DNA from: Patescibacteria group bacterium
Lineage (GTDB): Bacteria; Patescibacteriota; Patescibacteriia; GWA2-46-9
DNA: 64,000 bases
Assembly: GCA_041660005.1 (NCBI GenBank)
Contig: JBAZXG010000005.1
Coordinates: 4,064-68,063, forward strand
Reading direction: 5' to 3'
Program-made: the position numbers and the translations under genes
Notes under the pieces: generated by a model
What the model saw: the letters and a program-made list of their open reading frames with translations, nothing else
Databases searched by the model: none
Told to the model about the DNA's origin: nothing
Part shown: piece after piece, positions 1 to 7,411 of the stretch
How the letters are laid out: each line of letters begins with the position of its first letter
How positions within the stretch are numbered: the first letter of the stretch is position 1

Positions 1-1391
1 TCCCGGTTATTCTTTGGCTGCTGCATATCTTTGCGAGCAAACTCACCAATCTCGGTTGCGTAGGGTAAGCTCGTCGGAGGTGGCGTGTGTTTAAACTCAG
101 TCCGTTGCACCATAGCGCGCATCGGCTCAAATTCAGTCTTGATCGGAAAATGCCAAAGCGTCGCCAGTTCTTCGATATTCATCACCTGAGGCTCCCGCCC
201 GAATTCAAGTTCCCGCACACGGTAGCGATGCATAATTTTCCTGCGTTTCATGTTTTTTCGCCACTCAACAAAAAAGTAGTTAGCGTGTACGCCAACGTGT
301 TTGGTGTCGGGCTTGAGTGAATTAAGATCCTCAGTATTAAACTGCTTTATTGCTCCAACAAGCGCCTCTCTGCCGTGCGTCACGTTGTAACGCTCTTTCG
401 TTCCAATATAAATAAAGCGAATTTTTGTTTCAAAACCAATTTTTTTCACCTTAAGTGACATGGCCTCCACGCGTTCACGATCGTAGGGCGAAAGCAACAA
501 TAAACCACTGATGGTGGAGCTGTCGCCATGCGTCTCTTCTAAAACCCCTGAGCCGCCAGAAAACTGATGCGACGCTGACTTTCCAAATTTAGAAAATTCA
601 TCCGCTATTCTTCCAAGAACAGACGGGGAATGCTTTACATTACCCATGGCAGCTGTAATTTTATGAATCACCTCTTGTTTCCACTTGTTGTCTATAGGGA
701 GAATAATTATTTGCAGCCACAATTGTTCACCAGGCCCGAGCTTGCTCATTGTTTCCAACACCGCATTCATCGGATCCTTAAATTCCCTCGTCATCATGTG
801 CTCAAACTCAGGATAAGTACGAATAGGAAGGGCTTCGTTCTCAACGTAAATAACTTCAGTTCCGTACATATCATATCGTTCATCCGGATAAACTGCAGGA
901 TAACCGACCGTATAATCCTCTACCTCAGTTATTTGCGCATCCGGGTACTGACTATATATTGCGGCCTCAACTAAATCGCGGAATCGAATCTCTGTACGAA
1001 TCAAAAACTGCACATAACCCTCAATACTAACAATTTCTAAGGAAAACTCCTCCTGCACCTGTCCGTACCAATATTTTTCTAGCATTGTTTTTGTACCGTG
1101 TGCACCCGCTAAATGTGCAAAAATATTCTCAACAGCTTTGGGGGATTGAATATTGTCTTTAGGGACATCGATAGCAAGCAGCACGTATTTAAAAGTATGC
1201 TCACGGTATTTCTCCTTAATGTGGCGCATCCAGAAAAACCAAAAGATACGGACAAACGCAGCAACAAAAACCACCCAACCGCCATGCGTTACGATGTAAA
1301 AAAAGAGTTTCCAACTACTCAGAAGCGGTGATGCTCCGTAAATGGCTTCATTAAATAGCTGTAGAAATGTCGACGGTGCTGATGGATCCAT
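1..1391 (-). CDS. Hypothetical membrane-anchored protein (partial; 3' end beyond window start)
   Basis: Manual minus-strand translation gives a continuous open frame from ATG at 1389-1391 to position 1 (MDPSAPSTFLQLFNEAIYGASPLLSSWKLFFYIVTHGGWVVFVAAFVRIFWFFWMRHIKEKYREHTFKYVLLAIDVPKDNIQSPKAVENIFAHLAGAHGTKTM...ATEIGEFARKDMQQPKNNR) with an N-terminal TM helix. It is absent from the ORF track, presumably because no stop lies inside the window. It starts 4 nt downstream of the stop of the 1395..2639 gene, so likely the same operon. Confidence 0.6.
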   Translation of the reverse strand, partial: MDPSAPSTFLQLFNEAIYGASPLLSSWKLFFYIVTHGGWVVFVAAFVRIFWFFWMRHIKEKYREHTFKYVLLAIDVPKDNIQSPKAVENIFAHLAGAHGTKTMLEKYWYGQVQEEFSLEIVSIEGYVQFLIRTEIRFRDLVEAAIYSQYPDAQITEVEDYTVGYPAVYPDERYDMYGTEVIYVENEALPIRTYPEFEHMMTREFKDPMNAVLETMSKLGPGEQLWLQIIILPIDNKWKQEVIHKITAAMGNVKHSPSVLGRIADEFSKFGKSASHQFSGGSGVLEETHGDSSTISGLLLLSPYDRERVEAMSLKVKKIGFETKIRFIYIGTKERYNVTHGREALVGAIKQFNTEDLNSLKPDTKHVGVHANYFFVEWRKNMKRRKIMHRYRVRELEFGREPQVMNIEELATLWHFPIKTEFEPMRAMVQRTEFKHTPPPTSLPYATEIGEFARKDMQQPKNNR

Positions 1392-1394
1392 CTT

Positions 1395-2639
1395 TTATGT
1401 TTTAGAACTGACGAGCGAATAACGCCCGTCCTCGCCTTTTACAAATAGTGACTGATTAAGAAGCGCCAGGTGAATCGTTTGCTTTTTTACCATACGTTTC
1501 CGCAAAACCTCGCTCACAATTTCTTCTCTCGTTAACGATTTTCGCTCGACTAAAAGTTCCCGAACAACGTCCCCCACTGTTCCCGGCTGATACCCCCACT
1601 CCCGGAGTGCATACAAACCGCGTCCCACTAACACGAAACGTTTATCTAAAATAAGTTCGTTATGTACCGACGGAGCTTTGGCAACTTTTGCATCAAAATG
1701 AGCGCCATTAATTTTCTCGGTTATCGCGCTAAAGTGAAGCGGCTTGCCCTCATGACGCAGTATTAAATAAATTTTATCGTTCATGCGCCGCGGACGAATC
1801 GTCGGCCACGATTGTTTACCCCATTCGCCGAATATATTTTGCGACAAGTCCCCAGAAGCTGCTAAATACGCAGTGAGCACGCCATCCTCTTCGGCGGCTG
1901 TTGGTTCCTCATCTACATTTGGATCGCTGAGAAATTCTCGGGCAATATGCACAGGTTCAGCTACGAGCTGCCGTTTGTGCTCAATATAGTATGGCTGCTG
2001 ACGATAACGACGCAGTAACTCTGTGAGCTGCAGCGGAACGCCAGCCGGCTCCACGACGTTTAAAAAAGCTCCTACGGCTCCTTGCAACAGTAACGTATCG
2101 ACACCCGTCAACACGTAAAGCGTACGAAGCTTCTGCTGCTCGACACGACGTTCAACAAATCCTTCAAGTAAGTTGTCAAGTAAAAAATGAAGGCAGGCTC
2201 TGGTACGTATCTCTTGCGTGCTTGCGTCACCCGAGGTGTGTGAATAATGTAACAGCTGATTAATAAAGTATTCTGACTCTAAAGCTCCTCCATGGCTTCT
2301 GAGTAAGTATTCGGTCGTGCGAATAAATAACTTCAACTCATCATGCTTTGATCGCAGCGCTTGCAGTTTGCCTACAGAAGATTTTGTAATTTGACGGACA
2401 CGCTCTCTCGTAACTTGAAGTTTTTTTCCTATTTCCTCAAGGGTCTCGGTCTGACCACCGTCAGGAACAGCAAAACGGTGACGAACCACCTCTGCTTCAC
2501 GCGGAGTTAATGTCCCCAAAAGATGCACAACTACTGAAACTGGATCAAACGAACGAATTTCCTCAGCATGGCGCTGTGTTATAAGTTTGTCTAAAATACT
2601 GTACTCAGACATCGTTATATGGGCTAGTAAATGAATCAA
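1395..2639 (-). CDS. Sigma-70 region 4 (HTH) domain protein with large C-terminal domain of unknown function
   Basis: 414-aa ORF. The N-terminal segment ETLEEIGKKLQVTRERVRQI plus flanking residues resembles sigma-70 region 4, the -35-binding HTH. The remaining ~300 aa has no recognisable family. An alternative start is M10 at 2612. Confidence 0.55.
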   Translation of the reverse strand: MIHLLAHITMSEYSILDKLITQRHAEEIRSFDPVSVVVHLLGTLTPREAEVVRHRFAVPDGGQTETLEEIGKKLQVTRERVRQITKSSVGKLQALRSKHDELKLFIRTTEYLLRSHGGALESEYFINQLLHYSHTSGDASTQEIRTRACLHFLLDNLLEGFVERRVEQQKLRTLYVLTGVDTLLLQGAVGAFLNVVEPAGVPLQLTELLRRYRQQPYYIEHKRQLVAEPVHIAREFLSDPNVDEEPTAAEEDGVLTAYLAASGDLSQNIFGEWGKQSWPTIRPRRMNDKIYLILRHEGKPLHFSAITEKINGAHFDAKVAKAPSVHNELILDKRFVLVGRGLYALREWGYQPGTVGDVVRELLVERKSLTREEIVSEVLRKRMVKKQTIHLALLNQSLFVKGEDGRYSLVSSKT

Positions 2640-2687
2640 AAACTATGATGCTTGTAAAATAGCATAAAAAATAGATTATGTCAACAC

Positions 2688-2716
2688 AAAACAAGGGGCT
2701 TTATGCCCCTTGTTCT
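2688..2716 (-). terminator. Rho-independent terminator downstream of secF
   Basis: Hairpin CAAGGGGC-ataaa-GCCCCTTG in minus orientation followed by a TTTTGTGTTG run. It lies between the secF stop (2735) and the start of the 1395..2639 gene. Confidence 0.55.
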
Positions 2717-2734
2717 TGTAATACTGTAATTATG

Positions 2735-3685
2735 CTAATACTGAGCTAACCGACGCTTCTCCTTCCAGGAGTACCAGCTAACAAGCAATGGTGAAGCAAT
2801 AAAGATCGAGCTGTAGGTTCCAAAAGTGATGCCGAACACGAGAGCTAGAACAAAATAGCGGCTACTCGCACCACCAAAGAACAGTGTGAAGAGTAAAACG
2901 AGCAGTGTGGTGAGTGACGTGTTAAGAGATCGCGACATTGTTTCGTTGAGACTACGGTTGACAACTTTGGCAAATGAATCCGTTGTGTGATGTAAGTTCT
3001 CTCGAATACGGTCAAAAACAACGATGGTGTCGTGAACAGAAAAACCGAGGAGCGTTAAGAGCGCGGTAATAAACAAGGTATCAATTTCAACGCCCATAAA
3101 ATGACCGAGCACGGCAAAAATGCCGACGGTAATAATGGTGTCGTGAAAGAGTGCGATAATAGCAGCCATACCGTACTGCCAGGAAGGGACCGGTCGCGAT
3201 ACCTTTCTGAACGCCCAAGCAATATACAAAACAATAGCGCCGAGTACGGTCGCAAGAGCAAGTATTGAGTTCTGCCGGAGCTCCGCACCAATAGTTGGGC
3301 CAATGGCGGTAAAACGCTCGACAGTAAGCTTACTGCCATCCTCTCCCCCAAACTTTTTTTTCAAAGTACTCACCAACAGTTCATGGTCTGCATCGCTGAT
3401 GGCAGAACCTTCTTTGGCGCCAATTCGCAAAACAGCGCCTTGGCTTCCAACGGGCGTAACATCAACTTTGCCGAGTGAACTGGGTAGCGCCGTTTCAATG
3501 TCTGCCACGACTGGCCTGTCACCAGTAAAGGCAACTTCGAGAAGCGACCCTCCAGTAAAATCGATACCGTACCGCAAACCCCAGCCAGGCACAACCACCG
3601 CCAAAATCGCCAACACCGTCAAAGTGCCGGAAAATATATATGCCACGCGGCGATACCCTACAATGTTAAAGTTTCTGCGCTTCAT
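2735..3685 (-). CDS. secF: Protein-export membrane protein SecF
   Basis: 316 aa. SecF hallmarks include TLLTLLGFSVHDTIVVFDRIREN and a multi-TM topology. It overlaps the secD stop by 4 nt (ATGA). Confidence 0.9.
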   Translation of the reverse strand: MKRRNFNIVGYRRVAYIFSGTLTVLAILAVVVPGWGLRYGIDFTGGSLLEVAFTGDRPVVADIETALPSSLGKVDVTPVGSQGAVLRIGAKEGSAISDADHELLVSTLKKKFGGEDGSKLTVERFTAIGPTIGAELRQNSILALATVLGAIVLYIAWAFRKVSRPVPSWQYGMAAIIALFHDTIITVGIFAVLGHFMGVEIDTLFITALLTLLGFSVHDTIVVFDRIRENLHHTTDSFAKVVNRSLNETMSRSLNTSLTTLLVLLFTLFFGGASSRYFVLALVFGITFGTYSSIFIASPLLVSWYSWKEKRRLAQY

Positions 3686-5523
3686 AACTGTTCACTTTCA
3701 GAATTTTTATGAGACCAACCGTACAGCCACAATCGCTTGGTGCTACCATTACCAACAACAAGACGCAGGAACGAGCGGGTAACCGTGATCGCGCTGAACA
3801 TACTCACCAAAATACCAAACGCTAGAGTTAGCGCAAAACCGCGAATCACGCTCGTACCAAACCAGTACAGTATGAGACATGTAAGCAGTGACGAAACGTT
3901 TGAATCGCGAATTGATGTCCAGGCACGTTGAAACCCTACCTCAATTGCAGATTGCAGCGGACGCTTATCAGCAAGCTCCTCGCGCAGGCGTTCAAAGATA
4001 AGAACGTTTGCGTCTACCGCCATACCAATCGACAAAATAAATCCTGTCACTCCGGCTAATGTTAATGTTACGGGCCAAATTTTGAAAACAGCCAAAGCAA
4101 TACTTGAATAAATAAGCAAAGCAAGAACAGAAAGTATGCCCGGCAGGCGGTAATAGAGAATCATAAAAATCGCGACAAACAGAAACCCCATGAGCCCTGC
4201 CTTCAGACTCCGATCAATGGCAGCCGCACCAAGTTTAGCTCCAACAGTTTGCTGCGAAACTAACGTAATAGGAACGGGCAGCGCACCGGCGTTTAAGCGT
4301 TGCGCCAGAAGCTTTGCTTCGTCAATGGTAAAACTGCCAGTAATGACCGCTTCTCCGCCCACAATTGCCTGCTGTACAGTTGGTAAACTAATTGGCTGCT
4401 TGTCGAGGAAAATACCAACGGGTTTGCCAATGTTTCTACTGGTAATTTCTTCGAATAACTTTGACCCTTCGGCATTAAAACGAAGTTGTACCTGTGGTTG
4501 ATTAGTCTGCTGCGCAAAAACAACGGCTGCTGAGTCCAGTTGTTTACCCGACAATTCTGTATTTTTCCACCCACCGTTGGTGTCCTTTGGCAAAAAGTCA
4601 CTCTCTGAAGGTGCGGAAATGAGAATGTGGCGCGCGTGAATCTCCAGCGTGCCATCAGCGCTCTTTCGGTCATCAAGTCTTTGGATAACATGATAGCCAT
4701 AAGCAGACTGAACCGGTCGCGTCGTAACTTGGTTCGTTTTTAATTGATCAAACAGCGCAGTGCCAAATTCAGAGACAACACTCGCCTTAGTTATATACCC
4801 CAAATCGCCGCCATTCTCTTTCGAGCCGGTATCAGCAGAAAACTCCTTTGCCAGTGCTGCAAAATCAGCACCAGTTTTTAAACGCCGAATGATGTCCTCA
4901 GCTTTTTTCTTTGCATTAATCTGACCGTCAGCAATAATTTTCTTTTGCTCAGTAGTCAAAACTGGTGCCACGGCATTTGTATCTTGTTCTTTGAATTCAA
5001 GTAGCGGCGTTTCACCGATCTGCTTTATGGCGTCTGCCACATTCTCTACCCCAGCAAGTTCAACCAGCACGCGCCACTGATCCCCTGAACGGTCAGTTTG
5101 AACGACCGGCTCGGCTACGCCAAAAGCATTAACCCGTCGATCGATGACATCACGAACACCCTCAAGAGCTGAAGCGCGATCCTTTTGAGGAATCTTACTT
5201 GTATCAGCGTCATACAAAAGTTGCGTCCCACCAACTAAATCAAGGCCGAGACGAAATGGTCGATTAATAAAATGCGGAACGCCGGCCTTGAGAGCACCAC
5301 CGACCCACCCGAGGCCTCTTGGAAAATGATTTGATCCGAGATTAGCCAATTTAGGATTTACAGCATCTACCGCTCGGTTATAGTAAACCGGATCATTATA
5401 GAGAGCTGTGGTAATGGTCAAAATAATAATAGCGACAAAAGTCCAGCGCACTCTCCCTCGCCGCGTCTGGAAAGTAACCTTAAGTGCCATCCATAAAAAA
5501 CCTAGGCCGTGCAAGATAAACAT
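3682..5523 (-). CDS. secD: Protein-export membrane protein SecD (with inserted parvulin-like segment)
   Basis: 613 aa. SecD P1-head motifs are present (GLDLVGG, IGKPVGIFLD, VQQAIVGGEAVITGSF) with a C-terminal 6-TM block. Residues ~190-330 carry PpiC/parvulin signatures: ADFAALAKEFS, GGDLGYI, YGYHVIQ, EIHARHILIS. Confidence 0.9.
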   Translation of the reverse strand: MFILHGLGFLWMALKVTFQTRRGRVRWTFVAIIILTITTALYNDPVYYNRAVDAVNPKLANLGSNHFPRGLGWVGGALKAGVPHFINRPFRLGLDLVGGTQLLYDADTSKIPQKDRASALEGVRDVIDRRVNAFGVAEPVVQTDRSGDQWRVLVELAGVENVADAIKQIGETPLLEFKEQDTNAVAPVLTTEQKKIIADGQINAKKKAEDIIRRLKTGADFAALAKEFSADTGSKENGGDLGYITKASVVSEFGTALFDQLKTNQVTTRPVQSAYGYHVIQRLDDRKSADGTLEIHARHILISAPSESDFLPKDTNGGWKNTELSGKQLDSAAVVFAQQTNQPQVQLRFNAEGSKLFEEITSRNIGKPVGIFLDKQPISLPTVQQAIVGGEAVITGSFTIDEAKLLAQRLNAGALPVPITLVSQQTVGAKLGAAAIDRSLKAGLMGFLFVAIFMILYYRLPGILSVLALLIYSSIALAVFKIWPVTLTLAGVTGFILSIGMAVDANVLIFERLREELADKRPLQSAIEVGFQRAWTSIRDSNVSSLLTCLILYWFGTSVIRGFALTLAFGILVSMFSAITVTRSFLRLVVGNGSTKRLWLYGWSHKNSESEQL

Positions 5524-5620
5524 GACACCACGACCCAGCCATTCGATAGGCTTAGTTACAATAGCGCGAATTGAACCGAGAAATTTGAAGTTTATCTTTT
5601 TCAGATGATGAAACTACAGA

Positions 5621-5645
5621 AAAACCCCCTTTCGGGGTAAGCGAA
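5621..5645 (-). terminator. Possible intrinsic terminator (minus orientation) after the Nudix island
   Basis: Minus-strand ACCCC-GAAA-GGGGGT hairpin followed by TTTTTCT, about 250 nt downstream of the 5894 stop. It has a short stem and is tentative. Confidence 0.35.
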
Positions 5646-5893
5646 ACTATGGTAGCAAAAATGACAGTTAATGCAAGACCGCGGCACACAATAACACCTC
5701 AGCTGTTTATATTGAAACAACGTAACCCATGCGTATCAAGACTTATTCCTCAAATATCCCATTGATTTCAGCAATTTCCTGGCTGGATGGACAAGATTGA
5801 AATACAAACCAATCCCAGGCGGCTTCCTCACTGAGAAGACCCAAATTATCTTTCTCTGCAACACCGATCATTAAAGTAACGGTATTCACAACT

Positions 5894-6391
5894 CTAAATA
5901 TTTTTATACTTCTTAGTACTCTCTAGTATAGAGACTTCGTCAAGATCAGATCTTTTATACAAATCGTGCTGAGTGCTCATTTTGCTTATCAAAAAATCAA
6001 TCGGTAAAAATTTTATTTCACTGCCAGCTTCGGGGTCAGACATGTCACGCAACGAAGCATCGAATTTAACTAAATTGCACAGAAAATAAAGCGTGGTTTT
6101 TTTAACTTGAATACTTCCACGAGGAAACTCACTGGTAACCGCCCCAATATACGTTTCAATTATTGCCTCAACACCACATTCTTCAAGTAACCCTCTATGC
6201 ACAGCTGTCTCAAGTGTCTCTCCAACCTCAAGCGTTTCTCTCATTAACAAATATAAATTTTTATAGCATCCACCGTAAAGCTCAGTCGAAGTGAAATAAT
6301 GACAAAAAACTTCGTTCCGATCGTTTAAGACAACTGCCCCAACCGAAAGATGGTACGGATGCTCTTTGGTTCCATTGAAGTAGTTAGACAT
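5894..6391 (-). CDS. Nudix hydrolase
   Basis: 165 aa. It carries the Nudix box MRETLEVGETLETAVHRGLLEECGV (GX5EX7REUXEEXGU). It lies in a markedly AT-rich island. Confidence 0.8.
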   Translation of the reverse strand: MSNYFNGTKEHPYHLSVGAVVLNDRNEVFCHYFTSTELYGGCYKNLYLLMRETLEVGETLETAVHRGLLEECGVEAIIETYIGAVTSEFPRGSIQVKKTTLYFLCNLVKFDASLRDMSDPEAGSEIKFLPIDFLISKMSTQHDLYKRSDLDEVSILESTKKYKNI

Positions 6392-6410
6392 AACGAAGAT
6401 AATGTACCGA

Positions 6411-6839
6411 TCAAATTTTCGATAGGTCCCCTCTTAATACAATCGGCTGCATGGCTTTAATTTCATCACTGTAGCTCATCTTTGGAATATTATTCAACAA
6501 AAAAATCTTTTTATTGAGAACATGAGCAAACCCCATTTCTAAAAACACATTGCCGCCAATATACCCCTTAATCCCCTTCTTGTCATAATTGGCAACAAGT
6601 ACCACATCGCAATCATTAATGACGTTCCAGTATGCTCGTATTGAATCATACTGAATGGCTCTGTCGGAAAATTTTCCGCTTTTCTTCTCGTCTTTTATAC
6701 TATCCAAGGAAAACTCTCCAGCCAAAATTTTTCCTGAAGTAATTGGAATATGCACATCGAACTTCCGCGCACGAAGTTCATTTGCTAGTTTTTCAACTTC
6801 ATACGTAAAATCTAAGCTTGCACAAATTGCGATTTTCAT
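6411..6839 (-). CDS. Nucleoside 2-deoxyribosyltransferase-like (NDT/Rcl-fold) protein
   Basis: 142 aa. Resemblance to the NDT fold is weak. The N-terminal KIAICASL is an NDT-like Rossmann start. The C-terminal GGNVFLEMGFAHVLNKKIFLL resembles the catalytic-Glu block DSGTAFEIGYA of NDT/DNPH1. Confidence 0.45.
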   Translation of the reverse strand: MKIAICASLDFTYEVEKLANELRARKFDVHIPITSGKILAGEFSLDSIKDEKKSGKFSDRAIQYDSIRAYWNVINDCDVVLVANYDKKGIKGYIGGNVFLEMGFAHVLNKKIFLLNNIPKMSYSDEIKAMQPIVLRGDLSKI

Positions 6840-6842
6840 AAA

Positions 6843-7304
6843 TTACTTGCCATGACACTCTCGATATTTTTTACCGCTTTCGCACACGCACAATGTATTT
6901 AATTTAAAAAAATTACAATCGGAAACAAAGAGTGGCTCTGGTAAATCATTTAAATGAAACCATCGAATCTCAGTGCAGCGATCAGGCTCCATCATTCTAG
7001 GCTTCCCGCTCCACTTCGTTGCTTTCATAAAGATAGTCACATAATGCTTCTGCTCTTTTTTAAAAACATCGTTAGTTACGCCGAGAACGCGTACTTCCTC
7101 AATGTCTAAATCAACTTCTTCTTTTGTCTCTCTCATAGCGTTTTGTAAAAAGCTTTCCTGCCACTCCAAATGACCACCCGGCAAACACCAAGTACCTGCT
7201 CCATGACTTCCGCTTCTCTTTTCAAGCAAAACTTGATTCTTATCGTTTAAAATAAAAATACCAGTACCCACACTTGGTCTCATTGCCTTAGTTTCATTTA
7301 CCAT
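6843..7304 (-). CDS. Nudix hydrolase with C-terminal SEC-C-type zinc motif
   Basis: 153 aa. Nudix box GGHLEWQESFLQNAMRETKEEVDL. The C-terminus CVCESGKKYRECHGK resembles the SecA C-terminal CxCxSGKKYKxCHG metal-binding motif. Confidence 0.75.
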   Translation of the reverse strand: MVNETKAMRPSVGTGIFILNDKNQVLLEKRSGSHGAGTWCLPGGHLEWQESFLQNAMRETKEEVDLDIEEVRVLGVTNDVFKKEQKHYVTIFMKATKWSGKPRMMEPDRCTEIRWFHLNDLPEPLFVSDCNFFKLNTLCVCESGKKYRECHGK

Positions 7305-7411
7305 AGTATTTATACTGCGTATTTCGCTCCGGATTACAGCTCACCACTCATACATTATTATTAGCAGACCTAAGCATTTTTTCCATGGCAATGTTTGTCC
7401 CTCGACTTCGC

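Noticed and set aside
87-1331. Plus-strand track ORFs 87..320, 630..974 and 1113..1331
   Set aside because: They lie antisense to a long continuous minus-strand frame (1..1391) that has a TM helix and protein-like composition. The plus ORFs are short, low-complexity shadow frames.
3303-3782. 159-aa plus ORF spanning the secF/secD junction; also 7698..7931 and 7922..8161 inside secA
   Set aside because: Antisense to canonical Sec genes with strong homology. Typical spurious ORFs.
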